The position numbers and the translations under genes were made by a program. Positions 22,800 through 34,355 of a stretch of 64,000 nucleotides of DNA are shown here, piece after piece. The stretch is taken from NCBI RefSeq assembly GCF_000315625.1, contig NW_005434673.1, forward strand, positions 210,270 through 274,269. The letters are read 5' to 3'. The DNA is from Guillardia theta CCMP2712 (Eukaryota; Protista; Cryptophyta). Below the pieces are notes generated by a model, which saw only the letters and a list, made by a program, of their open reading frames with translations, had not been told where the DNA came from and ran no database searches. The first letter of the stretch is position 1; each line of letters begins with the position of its first letter.

Positions 22800-25700
22800 T
22801 CCCTGCCTTGTCTCTTCATATCTCACACATTCCATCGGGGGGTTGCTCGCATCCTGCCGTCCGAGCCCTTCTCGAACCACAGATGCTTCGTGGGCTTGAA
22901 CTTGGAGTGAGTCTTTGACTTGGCCCTGAGGGAGAAGAATGAGAAGGGACGGAAGTCAAACATGCGCGAAGACAAGCAGAGGAGGAGGAGAAGAGGAAGA
23001 GAGCGAACGAAGAGACGAGAGGACTAACTCGGACAGGAGGCGATCAGGAAGCAAGGGATGGGGAGGGAGTTTGGACGGCAGCAGCAGGTGACTGACCGGA
23101 GGGAGTTGATGGACTTGTAGTGTCCTCCGATCATCTTGGTGCTCATGGCCTTCCTCTCAAAGGATCCCAGCACATCCTTGGTGGCTGTGATCGCCTGCTC
23201 CTCTCGTCAGTTGCTCGTGTGGAAAGATTCCTCCCACCTCCAGGGATCGCTTCCTCCTTACTGCCTCGTCGATCCGCTGCGCAAGGATCTGCACATCCTT
23301 GAGGAGAGAAGGAAGAAAAGGAGGAGGAGGAGGAAGAAAAGGAGGAGGAGGAGGAGTGGAGACGAGGTGAACAAACGGGGATGACGAAAGCTGCACTCAC
23401 CCTGTTCTCCGGGCGGACAAGGGAGACAGCATACCCTCTCCCTCCTGCTCGGCCAGTGCGACCAATGCTGGGCAGGAGAGGTCAGAGGACAAGGCAGAGA
23501 GAGGGACCAGGTAGCGAAAGGGAAGTACCGATGAATATAGTCGATCGAGGAGGCAGGCATGTCGAAGTTGATGACAGCCTTCACCTGAGGGATGTCCAAC
23601 CCTTCAAAGCATGTCAGGCCGGCAAGGAGCACAAGAAGAGGAGGGAAGGAGCGAGGAGCGAGGAGCGAAGGAGCGAAGAAGGAAAAAGCAGGAGACAGGA
23701 AGGAGGGAGATCTTACCTCGAGCAGCGATATCAGTACAGACGAGAGCTTGAAGCTGCCCATCAACAAACATTTGCATCTGAAGGAGGAGGGTCAATCGGC
23801 AACAGAAACCTCGTGAGGCAGCCTGCCTGCAAGTATCTCTCCTCCTCCGAGATGTCTCCATGGATGGAAGCGTGGGGAATTCCTTCTTGCTACCATCTGC
23901 GCGTCAGAGCAGAGACGAAGGACGTACAGGAGGACATAGGAATTGCTGAGGAAGAAAGGAGGGTGTGGAACCAAGGGAGGGAGGGGAAGATGCAAAGGAG
24001 GAGGATGAAGGAAAGAAGGAGGACCAAGGAAGGAAGGAGGACGGAGGAATCAAGGAGGAAGGAGGAGGGGAGAAGGGAGAAGGGAGAAGGTAAGGAGGAG
24101 GAGGACGAGGACGAGGAGGACGAAGGAGGAAGGAGGAAGGAGGAGGAGGAGGAGGAAGGAGGAGGACTACAAGTGAGAGCGCAAGTGACCTTCAGCTGCT
24201 CGTGGACGAACGAGCATCCTGCCCGAGTGTTGCAGAAGATGAGGATGCTGGCCGTGTCTCCGCTCTCCTTCTGGACTTTGGTCAGGCAGTAGCGAACTTG
24301 GTCCAGGAGCACGTCTCTCTGCCTCGATCGTCAGCTTGCGAGGACATGAAGGGCAAGAGGAGGTTCCTGTTCCGAAGGCTTCACTTCAATGAAGTTCTGG
24401 ACGATCCCGGTGGGGATGTGATGCAGTTGATCTGTCTTGACTATCTTCAGCTGCAGAACCGAGTCAGCGGCGCAAGTCCTTTGACTCCTTTTTTTCTACA
24501 TGTGGAATCTTCTTGGTAACAATCTTCTCCGCATCAAGCCTGATCGTCGCAGCGCTGAGAAGGAACTGCTTCAACGTCATGCTCTCAATGTACATGACGG
24601 GCAGCCACCTGGAGGGAGCCGTCGTCCCCCATGGAGAAGGGAGTACTCCTCTGCAGCATCTGAGCTTCCTCCTGCAAGCAGACCATGAGGAAGAAAAGAT
24701 TCTCTCCGCTGTGAAAGCACCTCAGAGGAAAGCCGGATCTTCATAACCTGGCGGTGAATTTCTGCAGCTTTACGACTGGCCTGCGAGAGGGTTCAGAGAT
24801 GAATGTCTGAACTTTCGCTGTACGCTAGTAGTGGCTCTAATAATCTTATCAAGCTCGTTCTCGAACCCCTGATTGGTCTCGTGAGTCACATTGGCTGTGC
24901 TCACAGTCCATTGCGAACCTGCGTGAACATCGTATCGGCCTCGTCGATTGCAATGAATCGAATGTCTCCGAAGTAGAGTGCACCAAGTTTTGAAAGTTGA
25001 ATCTAACAATCTATTAGAGAGGAAAGCTATGAGGTGTGAGAGAAGGTGAATCATCACCACTCTCGTGGGAGTTCCAATCACGATGTCACCTGCATGTCAA
25101 GATCATGCACGAGATCGCAACTCCAAGACATGGCTTACATCCAGCTTGCAAGCTTTTCTTTTGTTTTGACAGAGTGCCAGACCCTCCAAAGAATCCTTCG
25201 ACCTTAAACCTGGCAAACGGCTCTCATAAACAATCTCCACCCCACGATATGTTTCTACTTGATGTGATGGCAGAGGCTCTTAGCTATGGCAAGCACCTGT
25301 AACGCGTATGATCGTCAACGCAAGAGAGGCAGAGTCTCACTTGTTCTCCAAGCTCTCTGGTCGGGACGACGATAAGAATGCGCGGGCGATTAGGCAGTGA
25401 ACGTTTGTTAGTGAGGGACTCCAACATCTTCAATCTTGTGATCGCTGCATCGCAGTGTGTCAAGACCAAGGGCTCATCATATCCCACCATTGCGAGGCTC
25501 ACCCGGGATGAGGAAAGAAAGAGTTTTGCCTGTTCCTGTCTCTGCCAGGAGCAAAGTGCTCTTCCCGCGCAACGTCGTTGGTAACGACAGCGCTTGAATC
25601 TCAGTCGGCGTGTCGAATCCGAGCTGCTTGAGCGCGTTCAATATCAGCGGCTGCAGTTCCGGGCACCAAGTTCTGGCCTCCTGTGACTTCTTGGGAATCT

Positions 25701-25976
25701 GACTCACTGTCTTCACATCTTGACTCGCTCTCGCTGTTCGCAACATTCTGGAGCCTGAGATGTCCTGGTGATTGTTCAGGGTTCTCCTTGCAGATGCGAA
25801 GTGATCGAGCACTGTGGGGTGAGAGAGCTGAAGTCCCTTGCAGTCTTGATGTTTCTCTCCACCTTGAAGTGTACGAGGAGCCCGCCATTGCGAGTACCGC
25901 CTCTGCTGCTGATTGAGCCATTGACCGGCCAATCCTCGTAATTCATTCCTATGCGCAATTTGAACTTGGTAGGCAC
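22800..25976 (-). CDS. DEAD-box RNA helicase, multi-exon (ends approximate)
   Basis: Q motif GFDTPTEIQ, AETGTGKT, VPTREL, IGTPTR, IAIDEAD (~24940), SAAT, IFCNTR, TDIAARGLDIP, YIHRIGRTGRAG. Confidence 0.93.
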
Positions 25977-26318
25977 ACTGGTAAAGACGCTTGATTTGCA
26001 TCTGTGACAACTATCGAGTTACAATAGAATAGAACGAACATACACACAATGGACCAGAAAGTTAGAGAGGTTTGTATGGGGTCAGGGACGATGAGTGTGA
26101 TCATGGGCATGCATATTCCAATAACCATTTGCTTCTCGTTCCCATTCCAGACCCGGGAGAACAGCGAGTGAGGAAAGGAAGCGTGTAAAGTCTATCGGTC
26201 ATCACCATCACCATCACTTCCTTCCCTGCTCCTGCCCCTGCTCACTATCGCACATACTCATTCTCCACCTCTCTTTCTCGTCCTTCTCCTTCAACTTGCC
26301 CTTCTCCTGCACGGTCTT

Positions 26319-26518
26319 TCCTCTTCCTCCTCTTCCTCCTCTTCCTCCTCTTCCTCCTCTTCCTCCTCTTCCTCCTCTTCCTCCTCTTCCTCCTCTTCCT
26401 CCTCTTCCTCCTCTTCCTCCTCTTCCTCCTCTTCCTCCTCTTCCTCCTCTTCCTCCTCTTCCTCCTCTTCCTCCTCTTCCTCCTCTTCCTCCTCTTCCTC
26501 CTCTTCCTCCTCTTCCTC
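26319..26518. repeat. (CCTCTTCCT)n nonamer polypyrimidine repeat
   Basis: Direct reading. Confidence 0.97.
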
Positions 26519-26819
26519 CCCTCCCTCGTCCCCCCTCAACTCTCTACTCATTCTGATACGCTCGGACCCCTGCGATTAGGCTGCATGTGGACAAGGGGAT
26601 TGACAGGACCACCGGTAGTTTCGACAACCCATAAGGGGGTATTCCAAAAGTTTGTGTTTTCTCCCTCTGGAGACTTTTTGAGAAAGTTTGGGCGGCTCAA
26701 TCTTCCGAAGTTCCGCCGGGCGGCCCGGCAGGACTCGGGCCCGATGATCGGAATTGAGTAGAGAAAGTACTACAAGTCTATAGAAACAATATCTATTGGC
26801 CGCTGATGATATTTATCAC

Positions 26820-29666
26820 TTAGTAACCGGGCACAAGGGAAGGGACTTCAAAGTCTGCATCGGGCTGGGACTCTATGTCTGAAGTACTTATCGTCGAATC
26901 ATCATCGTCCTCACCGCTGCTGCCTGTCTCAAATTCATACTCTCTGTAGGAGACCTCTGATATCTCCTCCGACTGTGCTGCGGCGTCGTAGTGCAACTCC
27001 ATCCCCGTCGGCGACCATCTCTTGGCCAGCTCTCGGGCTGCTCACAAGGTCAGCAACTGGAAGTTCTCAGCTCACTTGACTCTCGACCGAAGGCTCTGAT
27101 CTCAGGGCAGATTCCGCCGACCGTCTGCTCTACTAAGGCCAATATGACCTTCTGGTAGATGGCCTGCAGAGGTTCAGCACGGGGCCGGCGGCAGCAACTG
27201 AGTTTCAGCTCACCACCCGCTGATCCTGTTCCATGATGACAGTGTCCAAGTCCGATACGTTCAGATGCTTCTGCCCAGGACCGCAAGTCAACTCGCGATG
27301 TGCAGGGCGCGTGCTGGAACCTGGTTGCTGAGGATACTGGCAAGGTAGAGGTTCTCGGCGTGATATTTCTCCGGGTTCAGGTTCGGCTGCATCGTCGCAC
27401 GAACGAAAGGGATCTTGCAGTCGTTCGGCGGTTCAATCTCCCCCCTGGCCTGCACGCTCGAGATAAGACTAGGAAGAAGCTTTCTCCGGCACTCACAATC
27501 TTGCGGTACTTCTCCAAGAGGGTCTCCTCGGATTCAAAAGTACTCTGAAAGGACATTTCAACCGCAGGGCATCAGAGGGCAGGTTGCTTACAGTATCTTG
27601 TTTGAAGTAGTAGACTTTGCCCTGGAACGTTGCCTTCACATAGTCTTCCGCGATCATGATTGTATACAGGATCTCCTTGTGCTCATTCTTGGTTTGAAGT
27701 GCATCAATATCGCACTACTGCCACAATCAAAGAACTTCTCACATTCATCTTCTCGTAATGTCTGCTGCAGAATGGAGTGCCTGGTGGCGGGAGCTTGAGG
27801 TGGTATCGTTCCAGCAGTGCAGTTTCCTGTTGAATCGTTACGATCGAACGTGGACGGCAGCCGTTCACTGTCTCGTTGAACGTGAGGATATTAGGAACCC
27901 TCAGCTTCGATGCGTTAACTCGTATCTGCTTGCACTCAACGAAGGCGCCATGAGGTTAAACAACACCTTTGTGGTTGATGAGACATTGAAGTATTTCTGG
28001 AACAGCTCAACATATTCCTGATCTCTCCTCTCGTTGAGCTCACTCTGGGAAGTGTAACACTTCAAGTGCTGCAATCTCCAACTCAGACACCAAGAAGCCT
28101 CTCAAGAGGAATCAATGCGTGCCTGGTTCAAATACGAGCCTAGAGGGTGGATTGATCGTTTTGCCTCCCACCTGTATTCCAATTACTTTTCATACTTCTA
28201 ATCACATCAGCCTCTCATACCTTTCACGGATTTGAGATCGTATATCCTTGATCAGACGTGCAGACTTGCGATCTGGCACCTCTTGAACTTGAGTCCAAGA
28301 GAAGCCATTGGTGGGAATTTTGCAAGCGCTGCAAATTTGCCTGTACCTGGACGAAGGTATCACCAAGAGGACTTCAAAACACCTCCTCATGCACCAGAGA
28401 GCCTCATGGTTGGCAAAAATGTCTGCCTCGACGAACATCGGCCTCGAGAAGCAGTGCTTGCATGTTCGAACCTTGTGCCTAATCTGCACACACCTCACAA
28501 TCCAGGCACCAACGCAAAACAACTGCTTCCACCTCCTTCCACTTGCCAAGGTCGTAACCTCTCTCGACGCCCTCTCTCAGGTATGCAGCAGCCGTCATTC
28601 GATGATCAAGTTCGTATGAGCAGTGGAGAGGATTGCCGTAGGAATTTGTGCCATCGTCATGAACCACAGGTCCTGGACAGTAGGGGCAAAAATCCATGGT
28701 TCTTTTTGAGATGTAGATCATTTGCTTGTCCACGTGATTCAGACTCTTCATTGATGAACCATATCGTTTCCATACTCTTCTGGTGGTCTTCGAGGTGTTG
28801 TCTTCATTCAACCTTAGTAGAATACAGTTGTTTTGGGGTTTTTCCCTAACCCGGATCAAGTTCAAATTTGTGATTTTTTTTGGCTTGTCTGGCTTGATGC
28901 GCCAGCCCAAGTCTGCATCAGGCATCTGGTCAATCGCTTTGGATTGCATCTTGAGCTGTCGAACAGTGGAGGTGCTCAGGGTAGCCTCGGATTTCTTCTC
29001 CATCAGCACCAACTTTTCAGGCTTCACTGTCTCGATCTCAGTTTGGGAATACTGAGACGTCAAGACTTCATTCTCGTGATAGCTCCTGTCCTCTTGCATT
29101 GTTATGGGCTCATGCATTTCAACAGATTGTTGGTGAAACCCATTCGCCTTGGTGTCTTGGGTACTTGCTGACAACATGTCGGCAGCAATGGAGTACACCC
29201 TCGCAACAGGGTCCCTGCCGTTGTCAACTTCATGCTGAAAGAAGACAGGCGAATCTTCAAAATTCAACGTAGGGAATCTCGATCCCGGTGATGCCCTATG
29301 ATTCACAAGAGCCGACATGTCATAGGCTAAGGCGGCAATCTTTGCCGTGGAGTATACACCAATGGTCTTTCTCAAGGACTTTGCTGAATAACCATCTTTT
29401 GATTTTGATACACCCCTGTACTTGACATTTTGATGTTCCTCTCCATGATGATCCGCGAATTTCCATCTTGTCAATGCTGCTTTCTTCGGTGTCTGGGCTA
29501 TGCCATCGTCTTGTGCGAGCGGCCTCTTGCCTGCTCCTCCCCGACATCTGCAAACACTGACGTACTGAGCTGACAATGGCTCAACGGTTCTCAATCCTGA
29601 AGTGGCAAGGAACAGATAGAGAAGCAGACCTATACGGTAAAGTTGTAGCAACAAACGTGTCGCCAT
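26820..29666 (-). CDS. Signal-peptide protein with AP2-like domain and Cys/His zinc-finger-like region, multi-exon
   Basis: Hydrophobic N-terminus; YRGVS...IGVYSTAKIAALAYD (AP2-like); CPYC...HC, CKHC and CSAC motifs; acidic tail ending at 26820. Linking all downstream exons into one gene is inferred. Confidence 0.65.
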
Positions 29667-31202
29667 GTATCATTCCTACTCACAACCATCCCACTGATTG
29701 GCAATGATGGACCATGATTGCTCTACAATGACAACCTGGGACATGTTGGACGTTCTACTTCCACACGTGATTGAGAGGAAAGCTCGATCTTTCACAGGGG
29801 AGTTTCTGCCCCGTCAATTCCTCAGACGCTACTTCCCCTCTCCTCGCTCCCTCCTCGTTCTTCTCTTCCTCCAGCTCCGGCGGCCGCATCTCGTCTCATC
29901 GCTCAAGTGCATGGCCCTCATCACCCGGACTCGGGCTCGGAACTTCCCCCGGCGAGCACTGAAGTGCTGACTGAAGTGACCGGCACGCAGACCGGCACGA
30001 TCCCAGTAGGGCAAGAGCGGGGATGAGGGTGAGCGAGGAGCGGAGGTTGAGGTGTCCTCTGCGCGTGAGCATGGAGGGGCTTCACGTTGTGTATGTCGGC
30101 AATGTCAGCAGCGCGACGTCGGTGAGAGGAGGAGGAGGAGGAGGAGGAGGATCACGAGGATGAGGAGGAGGAGTAGGAGAGGAGATGGAGAGGTCGAACT
30201 TGACAGGGATCAGATGAAGATACGTGGGAACGGCAGATGAAGCGTGGGAGGTGGTACAACGTGCAGGATTGGAGGGAGGATCTGGGTAACGAGGAGCAAG
30301 ATGATTGGGAGTATAATGAAGGGGTTACGTCTTGATGAACACAAGCAAAGGAGCTCTGACTTGTTCCATACTCTGAATTTTCAGAGGCATGATACTGATT
30401 TCATCTTGTTCAGCCCAAGGCAATCGAAGAATTGTTCACAAAATTTGATTCCTTCGTCAGCTGTGAGATGAAGAGCGCAGGATATGGATTTGTGGTCTGT
30501 GTAACTTCAGGAATGGTTGATGCATTTTGACACGTTCGAGCAGAAGTTTGAGAAATCGTCTGATGCCGAAGATGCCATATCGCAGTACGATGGGTGAGCG
30601 ATTCATGTGATATATACATGTCAGCGAACATTGTTTGGATGGTCTCCTGTATGAGCATCGTAGTCGGTGATGAAACCGCCAGTAGGTAGTGACGTGTTCA
30701 ACCATCGTATCGTGTTGATGTGGGTGGCATGCAAGAGGACTTGTTTGCCAAGGGCATAAGGACTCATTTCTGGAGTTGTGGGCTGTATGAAAGACACGGT
30801 GTGTTGACGCTGTCATCCATGAATGGAGGGAAGGATCGCTCACGGGTTGAAGGAAGGCTTTTTGCTCTGTGAGGAAAGAGAGTAGTGTGCATGCGAGGAT
30901 AGGACAGAGCTTTTGAAATGAGTGCTTGTTTGGGGTCTCTTTGGACACGGAATGTGGATTTGGCAACTTGAGGCATGACAAAAAACCAACATCTCTTGGA
31001 TGAAGGGGTCTGCTTCTGAAAGGGGTCAAGTGAAACATGGAGGTTATGGACTTGATAAGGCGGGGACACAATATGCACTTGGTTGTCATAGAAGTGTTGC
31101 AGCTTTTGTTGGATACAGAATTTATCATCATGCCGCCCATCTAGAGTCACTTTCTTACTTCTCCTAGGTATGAGCTTGAGGGCAATAAGCTCAGGGTCCA
31201 AC

Positions 31203-32694
31203 ATGGGAGGTCACAAGCAGGTCGAAGAGGTATCTCTCTATTTTCTAGGCATTGGCTCAATTTCAAAAACCAAACTTATGCATCCTGCTTCTCACTTGGT
31301 TTGAACTAAGGCGACGATCGCGGAGGATATGATGGTGGCCAAGGCTCTCGAGGTCCTCGCCCAACTGGCCAAAATCGGGTTGGAATTTATTTCTTGGATT
31401 TGGATGCAAAGACAACTTTCGTGTGTTTGTTGTGGATCTGGCAATCACGGCCACCAACTGAAGACTGGACAGCTTCTAGATTTGATCTAACCAGGTTTCT
31501 TGCAGGTCTACGTTGACGGCATCGATGAAAAGACGAGCTGGCAAGATCTCAAAGATTTTGCAAGGAAAGCCGGCAACCCGGTGATTTGTCAGACATCTCG
31601 AAATTTTGTGCTGACTCCCCTTAGGCCTATACGGACACGGTCATGGATTCGAAGGGCAAGTACGGAGTCATTGAATACAGGACTGCAGAAGATTGCTACA
31701 GTGCATGTCGCATGCTTGACGGAACCATGATCGGCAGCTGCAAAGTTCGCGTTTACGAGGTAAAAGTGCGCTATTCTGAATCGTTGTTTGACAAGCTTAT
31801 TACTCTAGGCCAGCGGATCTTCTTCAGGCGGAGGCAGCAGTAATTTTTTCTTGTCTTGATTCCTGTTAATTTGTGACCTGGAATGTCAAGGGAGCGGAGG
31901 TAACCCTCGAGAACGCAGTGCAGGACGCAACGGTGGTTCAGACAGGTAGGTGGAAACGTATATCTGATCCCAAGCTTGAACGAATTTCTATATGGATTTT
32001 ATGCTTTTTCTCACTGCAAAATATACAGATATGAGGATAGAGGACCCCGAGGTTCTGATAGGAGGGATTACCCTGACCGTAATCTTTGCGGACGGAAACG
32101 TCGGTCTGTGCTCATCTTGTTTGTGAGCAGGCTATGAACGTGGTGCTGGGGATCGCTACGGTGACAGATACCCACAAGGGGGTCGCAACGGTGAGCTGCC
32201 CTCGTCACCTCAGTGCTCTAACTGGACGGAAGACCGTCCTCCCATGGATCGCGGCGGCTATGATCGCGGTGGCTACGACCGTGGTGGCTATGATCGCGGC
32301 GGTTACGATCGCGGAGCCCCGCCGCGCGGAGGTCCAGATCGCTATGAACGAGGTGGGCCTGACCGCGGAGGCTACGGCGACCGCGGAGGCTACGGCGACC
32401 GTGGAGGTTACGACCGCGGAGGTTATGACCGCGGAGGCCCTCCTGTGCGTGGAGGCGGCGGTTATGACAGGCCCCCCATGGGCGGCGGCCGCCCCAGGTC
32501 GAGGAGCCCAGTGCGGCCGAGGAGCCCACGACAGAGGTAGAGAGAATGGCGAGTCTGCCACGAGGCTGACAGGACGCAGATCTCCTCCTCGCCGCGGCGC
32601 ATCCCCTGTTCGGTAGTGTGCGATCGCGTGCAGACACTGGGACTGACTGTCCTTTAGTAGGTCCCCTCGCCGTGGAGGATCCGAGCCAAGATAA
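31203..32694 (+). CDS. SR-like splicing factor: pseudo-RRM (SWQDLKD), DRGGY repeats and RS/RSP tail
   Basis: VYVDGIDEKTSWQDLKDFARKAG...YGVIEY is the SRSF RRM2 signature; followed by an RGG box and RSRSPVRPRSPR. Confidence 0.88.
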
Positions 32695-33365
32695 ACATTT
32701 TGCCACCAGGACCCAAAGACACACACGCGTACTAGGCGTTTCTTCATGAATAAATTGGTCGTGTTATAGAATTCTCGAATGAGTCCAAGATCACAGCAGG
32801 ATAAAAGTTGGTGTACTTGCCGTACGCATGAGTGGATGGAAAACGATAAGTTAGATAACCTGGAGTGAGGACATCTTTCAAAAGCGCGGACTGCACCGAA
32901 ACAGGACTTGAGCTGGAACGTCTTGTATTAATGATGGTTGGCATGTATACTTCTCTGACGGTGAGCTATTAAAGCGCTTCGATTCTCGGGAGTTTGAGAG
33001 TCTACTCATGTAGCAATCCATTCGCAGAATGCGTTCTGAAAGCTTCAAGAGCATCGGTTTATCTGTATCTTGAGGTGAATTGACAGCAGGTCGATCACTT
33101 AAATCAAAGTACCTCATCGATCAGGTGTGATCTGACTCAGACTGAGAGCAGTGGGCCAATTCCACCTCTCTGAACTCGTTGTCTGATTCAGTATGAGACA
33201 GTCGTAGTCGATTTACTGAGATACGAAAACAGTATATCATATGGAGAGCTACAAGTCTTTAATATCAGCTCCTGGCAGTAGGCTGGCTATCACGCTTAGA
33301 GGCAAAAGGCGGCAAGAAAGAAGCCCAACGACGTACCAGCTGTTGTCCTTGTCAAGTCTTAGAGC

Positions 33366-34271
33366 TCAACGGATTGTAACCTGCCCGTTCGTCTCCCTCC
33401 TCATGATGGCCTTGGCTTCATTCTGAGGCAGGTTGGTGTAAACCAAGAAGGAGTTGCCGTCGGAGTTTTTATCGCAAGTGATACATCCTGAGAGAGCGAT
33501 CTCCATGCTGTTGATGTTGCAACCTCTGCTGCCGATGAACCTTCCAACCTCATGTTGTGGCACCCGCACCTCGAACGTGGGTAGACTTCTCATGCTCTGC
33601 AGCCTGGCTTGTGACTTCGCGCATGCTTGTTCACATCCTGTGGGGTTGGAGAACGAATTAGCGATCTGCATCCTATACAAGGGGATCGTAGTGTAGACAT
33701 CTCCTCCTGCCACTTGAATCATGGTCTCAGTAAGAGGACGTGATGCCCAATAGGCCGGGTTAGACTTGTACGGGTTGAAGGAGGCGTTCTTGTGTGTGTT
33801 GAGGGGAAGGTTCCAAGCTTCGAGGGTTAGGTTGAGGTTCGGACGCGAGTAGCATCTTCTGAGCGTCATGTGCCAGGCTTGTGTGTCATGCACGTTGACG
33901 ACCGTGATGCCATGACAGTGGAGGAGACAATCAGCGTCTGCAGCCGGGTCATGGATGACTTTGAGGACAGACTCGTCCTCAAGCACCTGCTTTGCAAATG
34001 CAAACAGCTGGTCTTTGATGGGAGAGAGCATATCCAGCAGGAAGCAGAGTTGCCCTCCATCTTCTCTATCGATGGCAAACTGGATCAAAGTGACCGAGCC
34101 GATTCTTGAGAGGTTGACGCCCTCGCAGTCCCAGGCAAGGAGCTTCACATGCTCGAGCTCTTTCTTCAACCTCGCCAACGAGTCTGCTCCATCCACAACA
34201 AGCGTCTCGACGTTGCCTTCCTCCTTGATGCTCAGCCGACTGAGAGTTGCGGCAAGCTCTGATCGCCGCAT
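33366..34271 (-). CDS. EXD1/Egalitarian-like DEDD 3'-5' exonuclease fused to a KH domain (intronless)
   Basis: LAWDCEGVNLSRIGSVTLIQ, KVIHDPAADAD, VHDTQ, WASRPLT; KH segment VRVPQHEVGRFIGSRGCNI with GXXG loop. Confidence 0.85.
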   Translation of the reverse strand: MRRSELAATLSRLSIKEEGNVETLVVDGADSLARLKKELEHVKLLAWDCEGVNLSRIGSVTLIQFAIDREDGGQLCFLLDMLSPIKDQLFAFAKQVLEDESVLKVIHDPAADADCLLHCHGITVVNVHDTQAWHMTLRRCYSRPNLNLTLEAWNLPLNTHKNASFNPYKSNPAYWASRPLTETMIQVAGGDVYTTIPLYRMQIANSFSNPTGCEQACAKSQARLQSMRSLPTFEVRVPQHEVGRFIGSRGCNINSMEIALSGCITCDKNSDGNSFLVYTNLPQNEAKAIMRRETNGQVTIR

Positions 34272-34355
34272 AGGCCGCGTTTCTTAGCTCGCAGGGGCCC
34301 GAATTCGAATTCGGGTCAAACAGTGGCGCTGTTGACTAATCTTTGTATTGAGAAA

